From assembly GCA_051883075.1 (NCBI GenBank), contig JBJETA010000005.1, positions 8,126 through 72,125 of the forward strand: a stretch of 64,000 bases of DNA, written 5' to 3'. A program made the translations under genes and the position numbers. The notes under the pieces are model-generated. The model searched no databases and was not told where the DNA came from. It saw only the letters and a program-made list of their open reading frames with translations. Positions 1 through 8,517 of the stretch are shown piece by piece (positions within the stretch are counted from its first letter, which is position 1; each line of letters begins with the position of its first letter). Source of the stretch: Anaerovoracaceae bacterium (GTDB taxonomy: Bacteria > Bacillota > Clostridia > Peptostreptococcales > Anaerovoracaceae).

Positions 1-50
1 GGAACACGAAAAACTCCGAGGCCCTCAACAGGCTAAAGCCCATAACAAAG

Positions 51-97
51 AAAACCGTTTCCCGGCAGACGCCCTGCAAGGAAACGGTTTTGCGTTT
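51..97. terminator. Hairpin terminator downstream of ilvA, possibly bidirectional
   Basis: Inverted repeat AAAACCGTTTCC (51-62) / GGAAACGGTTTT (80-91) with inner GCAG/CTGC pairing. T-rich runs lie on both sides. It sits just past the ilvA stop. Confidence 0.6.
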
Positions 98-143
98 ATT
101 CTTTATCTGTTTTATTTCTTATATATAAATTTATTCCTTATGA

Positions 144-1340
144 TTAATTGATAATCTGGAAGCCGTTTCTTGTAACTTCTTCCCTAATCATCTGTACCTG
201 CTCTCTGTCCCTTGTTTCCATGATTATTCTTACAAAACAGCTGTTGACAGGCATGTCAGGATCACTGCTGTCATGGTAAACCGACAGAATATTGCCTCCG
301 CAACGGCTGACGATTTCAAGCACACCTCGCAACTGTCCCGGTCTGTCCATAAGAGCAACAGTAAGGGTGCTCCTTCTTCCGCTCATAATCAGACCTCTTG
401 TAACAACCCTGTTCAGGATGTTGACGTCTATGTTTCCTCCGCTTACGATGCAGGCAACATTTTTTCCCTGCAGCTCGAACTTGTTGAACATGGCTGCCGC
501 AACGGCAACAGCTCCTGCCCCTTCTGCAACAATTTTCTGTTTCTCCATCATAGTCAGAATCGCCGCAGCAATCTCATCCTCTGAAACCACCGCCATATCA
601 TCAACGTATTTTGAAATCAGCTCAAAGGTATTGTCCCCCGGAACCTTCACCGCTATGCCGTCGGCAAATGTATTTACACTTTCCAGCGGCTGTTTTTCAC
701 CTGCTTTAACGGAATTGTACATGCTTGGTGCTCCGGCCGCCTGTACTCCGTACACACGGCACTCCGGCTTAAGGGTCTTTATGGCAAAGGCAATGCCGCT
801 TAAAAGCCCGCCGCCGCCAACAGGCACAATAACTGCATCCAGATCCGGCTTATCTTCCAGAAGTTCAAGCCCTATAGTTCCCTGTCCGGCGATAACATCT
901 ATGTCATCAAAGGGATGAATCATTGTTCTGCCTTCTTCTTCAACAATCCGGACAGCTTTTGCATATGCATCATCATATGTATCCTTTACAAGACAAACTT
1001 CAGCACCATAGTTCTTTGTCGCCTCAACCTTACTTATCGGTGCCCCGTCCGGCATGCATATAACGCAGGGCAGATTGTTTTTCTGGGAGGCCAGCGCAAC
1101 ACCCTGTGCATGGTTTCCCGCACTGCAGGCAACAATTCCTTTCTTTTTTTCGTCTTCGCTCAACTGGCTGATTTTATAGTAAGCACCTCTGAGCTTGAAG
1201 CTTCCCGTCACCTGAAGATTTTCCGTCTTTAAGTAAATATTATTCTCTTTACTTAAAGCAGGTGCATAAATCAAATCTGTTTTCCTTGCAGCCTCTTTTA
1301 AGACCTCTGCTGCATGCATTATCCTGTCAATAGTCAGCAT
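144..1340 (-). CDS. ilvA: Threonine ammonia-lyase (threonine dehydratase), PLP-dependent, with C-terminal ACT-like domain
   Basis: SFKLRGA PLP-lysine motif, GNHAQGVA and GGGGL loops, and a C-terminal regulatory domain. I moved the start to ATG 1340, which has GGGAGG 7 nt upstream. The ORF track starts at GTG 1355. Confidence 0.9.
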   Translation of the reverse strand: MLTIDRIMHAAEVLKEAARKTDLIYAPALSKENNIYLKTENLQVTGSFKLRGAYYKISQLSEDEKKKGIVACSAGNHAQGVALASQKNNLPCVICMPDGAPISKVEATKNYGAEVCLVKDTYDDAYAKAVRIVEEEGRTMIHPFDDIDVIAGQGTIGLELLEDKPDLDAVIVPVGGGGLLSGIAFAIKTLKPECRVYGVQAAGAPSMYNSVKAGEKQPLESVNTFADGIAVKVPGDNTFELISKYVDDMAVVSEDEIAAAILTMMEKQKIVAEGAGAVAVAAAMFNKFELQGKNVACIVSGGNIDVNILNRVVTRGLIMSGRRSTLTVALMDRPGQLRGVLEIVSRCGGNILSVYHDSSDPDMPVNSCFVRIIMETRDREQVQMIREEVTRNGFQIIN

Positions 1341-1384
1341 AACAAATCCTCCCACACTTTCATTTATGTAGTTAGTCCATTATA

Positions 1385-2584
1385 TCATAACTCTTTTTCA
1401 AAATGTCTTTTTTCTTTTTCCTTATACATCGCCTGATCCGCTCTGTGATATGCATCCTCAAAGCCCTGTGAACAACCGGAAAATACATACCCTGCACTGC
1501 CGGAAACCGGTTTTTCTTCATCAAGCTCAGGCAGGTAAATTTTAAGTTTATCGTATATTTCCGTCTGTACGTTTTTAAGTTCTTCTTCTGAAGAAACCCC
1601 TTTTAACAGCAACATGAACTCATCGCCGCCGACTCTTCCCGCAATGCCGTTCCTTTTTTCAAGAACAGAACACAGAATATTCCCCGCGGCTTTGAGCACC
1701 TTATCTCCTGTGGCGTGTCCGTAAGTATCGTTGACGGTTTTGAAATCATCCAGATCAATCATAAACAAACCCAGTTTTTCATCCTGATGGCTTTCCATGT
1801 ATTCTTTTGATAATGTACAGAAATTTCCCTTGTTTAAAAGCCCCGTAAGCTCATCTACCGCAGCCTGCTTCTTCTCCATGGTAATGTCCGTCAGAACCGC
1901 AAATATATGTGCGTCCCCTAAGCCATCCTTGATAGCTCTCATGTTTTCAGACACCCATACATAATGCCCTTCTTTGTGGCGAATTCTGTAAACAACAGTT
2001 GCTGAAGATAGGTCTTTCAAAATGCTCCTGATAGCAGTTACAAAGATTTCCCTGTCACGGTCATCATAGCAAATCTCCACATATTTCCCATTGAACAGTG
2101 ACTGCATATCATCAAAATCATAGCCTGTAATATCTGTAAATCCTTCACTTACATATACAACCCCAAAGCTGGGCTTTGTAACACAGTGATGCACTCCTCC
2201 GGGGATACTGTTAACATACCCTTCCAAAGACATATTTAAATCGGAAATCTGATTCTTTTTATCTTTTTCAACAGTTTTATACAGCACCACAAGATTATAA
2301 TTGCTTATTTTTACAAATACCGCACCCCAGAACAGAATCTGCACAACAATAGCCGCATTGGCAGAATGCAAAAGATTTTTTGAAATCCATAAAACAGTTA
2401 TTGCCACATATCCTGCAAAAAATCCGAGTAAAAGAATTGTGTAAAACTCCCCCATTTTCTGTAGTCTGGGATATACCTCTCCCGCTTCTCCCAACACAAA
2501 CAGCCTATGCAGTTTGCTGACCGCATAGACTAAATTAAAAAACATCAGCACACATGCTGCGATTAAAAACAGAAAATTAATCAT
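1385..2584 (-). CDS. Membrane-anchored PAS/GGDEF diguanylate cyclase
   Basis: N-terminal TM helices, a central PAS-like segment and a C-terminal GGDEF domain (RVGGDEFMLLL). Confidence 0.85.
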   Translation of the reverse strand: MINFLFLIAACVLMFFNLVYAVSKLHRLFVLGEAGEVYPRLQKMGEFYTILLLGFFAGYVAITVLWISKNLLHSANAAIVVQILFWGAVFVKISNYNLVVLYKTVEKDKKNQISDLNMSLEGYVNSIPGGVHHCVTKPSFGVVYVSEGFTDITGYDFDDMQSLFNGKYVEICYDDRDREIFVTAIRSILKDLSSATVVYRIRHKEGHYVWVSENMRAIKDGLGDAHIFAVLTDITMEKKQAAVDELTGLLNKGNFCTLSKEYMESHQDEKLGLFMIDLDDFKTVNDTYGHATGDKVLKAAGNILCSVLEKRNGIAGRVGGDEFMLLLKGVSSEEELKNVQTEIYDKLKIYLPELDEEKPVSGSAGYVFSGCSQGFEDAYHRADQAMYKEKEKRHFEKEL

Positions 2585-3473
2585 TCTTTTTCCTCATTTC
2601 CTTCTCCGGCAATTCACTGGCAACAGCCGCGCAAAGTATAAGCACTGCTCCTGCTGCTTCCGCCACACTCATTCCTTCATGTAAAATCATCACTGAAAGT
2701 ATTATCGCCACAACAGGGTCGATGTAGCTGAACAACGCTATTGTCTGCGCTTTAAGCTTTGCCATGGAACCGAAAAACAGAACATAGGCAAAGCCCGTGT
2801 GAAAGATTCCCACAATCAAAACCATACATATTATAAAGGCTGACACGGTAATGTCCGTCATGCTCTCTGCATACAGTACATACGGAACAACAACCAGCCC
2901 TGCCGAACCAAGCTGGACAGCCGTTTTTTCATAAGGCGAAATATTTTTTATAAATTTATTTAAAATAACAACACAGGCATAAAAAACAGCTGCTCCCAAT
3001 CCGCAGAGCACACCCTTAAGTTCACCGATTCCTCCAAAATCCGCACCGTACACTCCCGATACAAGTACCATACCTGCCAGTGCCGCAGCAACACAGCAAA
3101 GCTTTTTCACAGAAATATTTTCCCTGAAAAGCAGCGGTGATGCCAGAATCACAAATACAGGCGCCATATAGTAACATAGTGTAGCTACTGCCACTGAGGT
3201 ATACCTGTATGCTTCAAAAAGCAGAATCCAGTTAAATCCAATCAGTGCTCCCGATACCGGAAGAAGCGGCATATTTCCTTTTATATTTACCCAGTTTATG
3301 TTTTTTCCCTTCAGTTTTACAAAAAAAATTATAAAAAGCATGCCGATAAAGCCCCTTGCCATGGCAATCACTCCTGAGGGCAGAGGTATATATCTTCTGA
3401 AAATCCCTATAGTTCCAAATATGAACATGGACATTATAAAGGCTGCTTTTGCTTTGTTCTCTTCCTTATTCAT
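2577..3473 (-). CDS. EamA/DMT family transporter
   Basis: About 10 predicted TM helices with the duplicated EamA-type architecture. Its stop overlaps the downstream GGDEF gene start by 8 nt. Confidence 0.85.
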   Translation of the reverse strand: MNKEENKAKAAFIMSMFIFGTIGIFRRYIPLPSGVIAMARGFIGMLFIIFFVKLKGKNINWVNIKGNMPLLPVSGALIGFNWILLFEAYRYTSVAVATLCYYMAPVFVILASPLLFRENISVKKLCCVAAALAGMVLVSGVYGADFGGIGELKGVLCGLGAAVFYACVVILNKFIKNISPYEKTAVQLGSAGLVVVPYVLYAESMTDITVSAFIICMVLIVGIFHTGFAYVLFFGSMAKLKAQTIALFSYIDPVVAIILSVMILHEGMSVAEAAGAVLILCAAVASELPEKEMRKKND

Positions 3474-3643
3474 ACTTTTAATCCTGTCAGTTTCTTTTGC
3501 TTTAGAACTTTATCCTATCATAAGAGTATGCTGTTTACAAGGATTTGTATTTTTGTTTATTTGTTCCGCCGTCAGATTTTTAAAACAGACATATTTTCCC
3601 TGTCTGTATGCAGAAAAAATTTCTGTTTTTCTAAAAAATATGC

Positions 3644-3672
3644 TTTACATCCAAAAATCAAAGTTGTATAAT
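3644..3672 (+). promoter_or_regulatory. Sigma-A type promoter of the aro leader/operon
   Basis: -35 TTTACA (3644-3649), 17-nt spacer, -10 TATAAT (3667-3672). Confidence 0.5.
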
Positions 3673-3742
3673 CAAAACATATTAATTCACTTTTTTAGTG
3701 AATTTTAACAAAAAAAATGATTTTTACGAAAGAGGAACGTCC

Positions 3743-3859
3743 ATGAAAAAGTTATTAAACTGGGCAGTTGAATATTTATATTTTAGCTTTACTTTTTATT
3801 TTAAGGGTAAGGCTTATTTGGATTTCACTGAAAATACGGGCGTTTATGCAGGCGCATAG
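3743..3859 (+). CDS. Putative aromatic-rich leader peptide of the aro operon (38 aa, MKKLLNWAVEYLYFSFTFYFKGKAYLDFTENTGVYAGA)
   Basis: AGAGGA Shine-Dalgarno lies 6 nt before ATG 3743. The peptide has 11 aromatic residues of 38 (1 W, 5 Y, 5 F), with 7 of 10 in the run YLYFSFTFYF. It lies between a promoter and a strong terminator directly upstream of aroF. It is absent from the ORF track because it is under 60 aa. Confidence 0.55.
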   Translation: MKKLLNWAVEYLYFSFTFYFKGKAYLDFTENTGVYAGA

Positions 3860-3885
3860 AAATTGCGCATATAAAAAAGACACTC

Positions 3886-3920
3886 AGTCCGCAGGTGAAA
3901 TTCACTTGCGGACTTTTTTA
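3886..3920 (+). terminator. Intrinsic terminator (attenuator) in the aro operon leader
   Basis: 13-bp stem AGTCCGCAGGTGA (3886-3898) / TCACTTGCGGACT (3902-3914) with a 3-nt loop, followed by TTTTTTATT. It sits 58 nt upstream of the aroF start. Confidence 0.75.
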
Positions 3921-3977
3921 TTAATCTAAAATCTATTAAAATGTATACATTAGCTAATGTGCAAACGGAGGTAAATC

Positions 3978-4988
3978 ATGGTCATTATTTTAAAGGACAA
4001 CCCTAATCAGAAACAACTGGACAACTTGCTGGACTGGCTGAAAAGCATGGATCTCGGCATTCATATGAGTAAAGGGGAGCACACAACACTTATCGGACTT
4101 ATCGGAGACACTTCCTGTGTGGATATGGAGCTTATCAACGCTCTTGATATCGTAGAAACCGTAAAGAGAATACAGGAGCCTTATAAAAATGCAAATAAGA
4201 AGTTTCATTCAGATCCTACTGTTATAGATGTAGCAGGCGTAAAAATCGGGGGCGGCAGCTTCCAGATTATTGCAGGACCTTGTTCCGTAGAATCAAAAGA
4301 GCAGATTTGTGAGGTTGCCATGGATGTAAAAGCGGCAGGAGCATCACTGTACAGAGGCGGTGCTTTTAAGCCAAGAACTTCTCCTTATGCATTCCAGGGG
4401 ATGAGAGAAGAAGGCATTAAGCTTCTGCTTGAAGCCAAAAAGGCTTCGGGACTCCCTATCGTAACCGAAATCATGGATATTTCCCATCTTTCACTGTTTG
4501 AAGATGTTGATGTTATCCAGGTTGGCGCAAGAAATATGCAGAACTTTGAACTTTTAAAGGAGCTTGGAACTATCAATAAGCCTATCCTTTTAAAGAGAGG
4601 ACTTGCAAATACTCTTCAGGAATTCCTTATGAGTGCCGAATACATCATGGCCGGAGGAAATGAAAATGTTATTCTTTGCGAAAGAGGTATCAGAACCTTT
4701 GAAACAGCAACAAGAAATACTCTTGACCTTGCAAGTGTGCCTCTTCTGAAGTCCATGACACATCTTCCTGTCATCGTTGACCCAAGTCATGCAACAGGTA
4801 TTTCACAGCTTGTTAAGCCTATGGCACTTGCAGCTGCAGCCTGCGGAGCTGACGGTCTTATGATTGAAGTACACAATGACCCGGCACACGCTCTCTGCGA
4901 CGGTGCACAGTCACTTACACCTGAAGCTTTTAAGGACGTTGCAGCAGCTGTAAAGGCAATCCTGCCATACTGCTACAAACCGGAATAA
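3978..4988 (+). CDS. aroF: 3-deoxy-7-phosphoheptulonate (DAHP) synthase, type I-beta with N-terminal regulatory extension
   Basis: KDSA/DAHP synthase I-beta core (GPCSVES, KPRTSPY, RGIRTFE, DPSH). The roughly 70-aa N-terminal extension resembles Thermotoga-type enzymes. GGAGG RBS present. Confidence 0.9.
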   Translation: MVIILKDNPNQKQLDNLLDWLKSMDLGIHMSKGEHTTLIGLIGDTSCVDMELINALDIVETVKRIQEPYKNANKKFHSDPTVIDVAGVKIGGGSFQIIAGPCSVESKEQICEVAMDVKAAGASLYRGGAFKPRTSPYAFQGMREEGIKLLLEAKKASGLPIVTEIMDISHLSLFEDVDVIQVGARNMQNFELLKELGTINKPILLKRGLANTLQEFLMSAEYIMAGGNENVILCERGIRTFETATRNTLDLASVPLLKSMTHLPVIVDPSHATGISQLVKPMALAAAACGADGLMIEVHNDPAHALCDGAQSLTPEAFKDVAAAVKAILPYCYKPE

Positions 4989-5004
4989 TAGAAGGAGAAC
5001 TGAT

Positions 5005-5859
5005 ATGCACACATCTATGAATATCGGAATCGTTGGACTTGGTCTTATAGGCGGTTCCATGGCAAAAGCATTGAAAGAAAACACACCTCATACAGTATGG
5101 GGTACTGATATAAAACAGGACATTATCAAGAAGGCGATTCTTGTAAATGCCATTGATGAAGAGCTTACGGAAGAAAAAATCCCTGAGTGCGATATACTTA
5201 TCGTTGCGCTGTTTCCTCAGGACACGGTGGATTTTGTAAAGCAGCATGCGGATATTATAAGGAAAGATTCTGTAGTCATGGACTGCTGCGGTGTAAAGGA
5301 GGTTGTATGCCGTGAGCTTGAGCCTCTGGCTGCTGAAAAGGGGTTTATCTTTATGGGAGCACACCCTATGGCAGGGCTTGCGCATGCAGGTTTTGCACAC
5401 TCAAAAAAGGCACTTTTCAACAATGCTTCTATGGTTCTCACCCCTGCAAAAGGTACGAAAATCGAAACCGTGCAAATGATTAAGCTTCTGTGTGTGACTA
5501 TTGGTTTTACCAATACTCAGATATCAACTCCGGAAGAACACGACAGAATTATTGCTTTCACATCACAGCTTGCCCATGTTGTATCAAGCGCATACATCAA
5601 GAGCCCTTCAGCTCTTGAGCATAAGGGTTTTTCTGCGGGCAGCTATAAAGATATGACCCGTGTCGCAAAGCTGAACGAATATATGTGGACAGAGCTGTTT
5701 CTTGACAATCCCGAATTTCTGGCAGAAGAAATTGACGGTATTATAGAAAGGCTGAAGGAATACAGCGATGCCATCAAGGCAAACGACAGCAAGACTCTCT
5801 GCGAACTGCTTAAGGACGGCAGGGAGCGCAAAATGATTATTGACGGTGAAAAATTCTAA
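5005..5859 (+). CDS. tyrA: Prephenate dehydrogenase
   Basis: N-terminal Rossmann motif IVGLGLIGGS, HPMAG motif, and operon context. Confidence 0.88.
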   Translation: MHTSMNIGIVGLGLIGGSMAKALKENTPHTVWGTDIKQDIIKKAILVNAIDEELTEEKIPECDILIVALFPQDTVDFVKQHADIIRKDSVVMDCCGVKEVVCRELEPLAAEKGFIFMGAHPMAGLAHAGFAHSKKALFNNASMVLTPAKGTKIETVQMIKLLCVTIGFTNTQISTPEEHDRIIAFTSQLAHVVSSAYIKSPSALEHKGFSAGSYKDMTRVAKLNEYMWTELFLDNPEFLAEEIDGIIERLKEYSDAIKANDSKTLCELLKDGRERKMIIDGEKF

Positions 5860-5899
5860 TGCTTCCGGACCGGCAGCTCCGGTAAAAGAAAGGATTTAA

Positions 5900-6979
5900 A
5901 TGGAAAAGGTACAGGTAAACGCATCAAAAAAATATGATATATATATAGGAAACAATCTTCTTGCTCATGCAGGAGAGTATATCTCCCGGGTTCATGAGCC
6001 ATGCAAAGCATTTATCGTGACGGATAAAACCGTCAAAGAGCTTTACGCCGACACTGTATCGGCCTCTCTTTCAGCCTCAGGATTTGAAGTTTATGACTTT
6101 GCTTTTGATGCCGGTGAAGGTTCGAAAAACATGAAAACCATAAGCAATATCGTCGAAGAAATGGCTGAAAAGCAGTTTACCAGAGGTGACCTGATTGTCG
6201 CTCTCGGCGGCGGCATTGCAGGCGATGTGGCAGGCTTTGCAGCAGCTGTGTTTCTGAGAGGTATTCCTTTTGTCCAGATTCCGACCACCCTGCTTGCGGC
6301 TGTTGACTCATCTGTCGGCGGTAAGACAGGTGTAAATCTGAAATCGGGGAAAAATCTGGCCGGCGCTTTCTGGCAGCCTTCTCTGGTGCTTTGTGACTGT
6401 GATACATTTAAGACGCTGCCTTATAAAACTTTTCTGGACGGCATAGCCGAAGCAGTTAAGTACGGAGTCATCTCTGATGCCGGACTTTTCAACAGGCTCT
6501 ATGAGGCAGGGGAAAAGCTGTATTCAGAGCAGGATAACCTCATCGGCATAGTAAAACGATGTGTGTCCATAAAGGCGGATATCGTCATGGAGGATGAACG
6601 TGATACGGGACTCAGACAGCTTTTAAATCTGGGACATACTATAGGACACGCTATAGAAAAGTCGAGCGGCTACGAAATAACTCACGGACATGCAGTGGCT
6701 CTCGGTATGCTTATGATTTCAAAAGCATGTGTTGATATGGGTATCTGCAAAGCAGAGTGCCACAGCCGGATTTCCGATATTTTGAAAAGATTTGGATTCC
6801 CGTCCTCCTGTCCGTTTCCTGCGGAGGTTCTGCTGGATGCCATGCTGAAAGACAAGAAGCGTTCAGGAAGCACTATCACTCTTGTTCTTCCAAAGGAAAT
6901 CGGCAGATGTGTTCTGGAAAAGGTGCCTGTTGAAAGACTTATACAGTTTATCGGCAATGAACAATCCGTCAGCATCTAA
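5900..6979 (+). CDS. aroB: 3-dehydroquinate synthase
   Basis: GGGIAGDVAGFAAA nucleotide loop, PTTLLAAVDSSVGGKTGVN, and HGHAVA metal-ligand motif. Confidence 0.95.
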   Translation: MEKVQVNASKKYDIYIGNNLLAHAGEYISRVHEPCKAFIVTDKTVKELYADTVSASLSASGFEVYDFAFDAGEGSKNMKTISNIVEEMAEKQFTRGDLIVALGGGIAGDVAGFAAAVFLRGIPFVQIPTTLLAAVDSSVGGKTGVNLKSGKNLAGAFWQPSLVLCDCDTFKTLPYKTFLDGIAEAVKYGVISDAGLFNRLYEAGEKLYSEQDNLIGIVKRCVSIKADIVMEDERDTGLRQLLNLGHTIGHAIEKSSGYEITHGHAVALGMLMISKACVDMGICKAECHSRISDILKRFGFPSSCPFPAEVLLDAMLKDKKRSGSTITLVLPKEIGRCVLEKVPVERLIQFIGNEQSVSI

Positions 6980-7077
6980 TAACATAATTAAAAGCAAGAT
7001 TTAAAAACAAGAACTGATATCAAAAGTTAATAACAATATACTAATTGTTAATCGTATATATACGATAGGAGATGCTT

Positions 7078-8517
7078 ATGAACGTACAGATAAACCCAAA
7101 GCCGCTTGGCGGCAGGGTTAAGGCAATAGCTTCAAAATCCCATGCCCACAGGCTTTTGCTGGGCGCAGCCCTTTGCGGCATTGGAAACGGACATACCGGT
7201 TCCTGCAAGGTGCATATCTCGGAAATGAATGAAGATCTGGAGGCTACAAAAAACTGCATAGCCCGGCTCAAGCAAACAGAGCCAGTTTTCTTCTGCAACG
7301 AAAGCGGATCGACACTCCGTTTTTTCCTGCCGATTGCTATGGCTCTGAAGGAAAGGGCTGAGTTCTGGGGTGCAGGCAGACTGCCGGAAAGGCCGCTTTC
7401 TCCTCTGAAGGAGGAGATGGAGCGCCACGGTTGCGTGTTCGGCTCAGACTCTTCCGGAACAGGCGCTCCGGAGCTGCCCCCTCAGGCACGGCACATCATA
7501 ACGGCGGAGGGCAGGCTCCAAAGCGGCCGCTACAGCCTTGCCGGCAACATCAGCTCCCAGTACATCACAGGGCTGCTGTTCGCACTGCCGCTTCTTGACG
7601 GCGACAGCATACTCGACATAACTTCGCCCCTCGAGTCTGCAGGCTATGTGGATCTGACTCTCGAAGTGCTGAAGCTTTTCGGAATCCGGATTCAGATATT
7701 TACCTGTCAGCCGATTCCGGGAACCCAGCTTCCGGGAAATCCGACTCCGGAAAACCGGGATTCGGAAAATCAGCCCACTGATTTCGGACTGCCTGTGTCA
7801 ACCGACTTGCAAACCCTGCAATCGGCTGATGCACAATCATGCAACACACAGTCGGACTCCGCACAGCCTAACGCAAATATACGATTTGTCATAAAGGGCG
7901 GACAGAGCTACACCTCTCCGGGCGAAGTTTCAGCCGAAGGTGACTGGTCCAATGCGGCATTCTGGATTGCCGCAGACCTGCTGGGTCGGACGCGAACCCC
8001 GGAATCCGCTGATATATCCTGTACCGGCGTGGAATGTACCGGTTTGAATCCGGATTCATCACAGGGCGACAAACGAATTGTCGAATTTGCGGACATTATC
8101 AAGGAAAACGTGAATACTTCGGAGATTTTACAATTTGATGTATCGCAGGTACCTGACCTGGTACCTATACTCTCTGTTATGTGCTGCTGCCGCAGAGGCG
8201 GAACTTCAAAAATCGTAAATGCAGGCAGGCTCCGCATAAAAGAAAGCGACAGACTTGCAACGGTTCACGAAATGCTTGAAGCTCTGGGTGCTGAAATTGA
8301 AGAAGGCGAAGACAGTCTTACCATATACGGAAAAGGCAGTCTTACAGGCGGCACCGTGGACGGACACAATGACCACCGAATAGTTATGGCGGCTGCCGCA
8401 TCCTCAGTCCTATGCCGGGAACCCGTTACTATACTGGGGGCAGAGGCGGTAAACAAATCCTATCCTGCTTTCTGGTCAGACTTCAGAAGTCTGGGAGGTG
8501 AATATATTGAGCTTTAA
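7078..8517 (+). CDS. aroA: 3-phosphoshikimate 1-carboxyvinyltransferase (EPSP synthase) with internal low-complexity insertions
   Basis: EPSPS motifs are present (KSHAHR, SSQYITGLLFALP, EGDWSNAAF, RLRIKESDRL). The start is set at the second ATG (7078), 7 nt after GGAG. The protein is about 50-60 aa longer than typical because of an insertion near nt 7690-7880. Confidence 0.9.
   Translation: MNVQINPKPLGGRVKAIASKSHAHRLLLGAALCGIGNGHTGSCKVHISEMNEDLEATKNCIARLKQTEPVFFCNESGSTLRFFLPIAMALKERAEFWGAGRLPERPLSPLKEEMERHGCVFGSDSSGTGAPELPPQARHIITAEGRLQSGRYSLAGNISSQYITGLLFALPLLDGDSILDITSPLESAGYVDLTLEVLKLFGIRIQIFTCQPIPGTQLPGNPTPENRDSENQPTDFGLPVSTDLQTLQSADAQSCNTQSDSAQPNANIRFVIKGGQSYTSPGEVSAEGDWSNAAFWIAADLLGRTRTPESADISCTGVECTGLNPDSSQGDKRIVEFADIIKENVNTSEILQFDVSQVPDLVPILSVMCCCRRGGTSKIVNAGRLRIKESDRLATVHEMLEALGAEIEEGEDSLTIYGKGSLTGGTVDGHNDHRIVMAAAASSVLCREPVTILGAEAVNKSYPAFWSDFRSLGGEYIEL

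Noticed and set aside
1-50. The first 50 nt (GGAACACGAAAAACTCCGAGGCCCTCAACAGGCTAAAGCCC...) were considered as the 3' end of a structured RNA or gene truncated by the window edge.
   Set aside because: The fragment is too short to identify. It has no recognisable tRNA, tmRNA or RNase P motif.
292-918. A 208-aa plus-strand ORF. Many similar long ORFs lie antisense to confident genes, for example 12014-12566, 15610-16332, 19525-20256, 20859-21359, 33311-33856, 44705-45646, 50598-51185 and 56117-56815.
   Set aside because: All lie entirely inside well-supported genes on the opposite strand. Their translations are low-complexity and Ser/Phe/Leu/Ile-rich, they have no RBS and no recognisable motifs. 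They are typical shadow ORFs.
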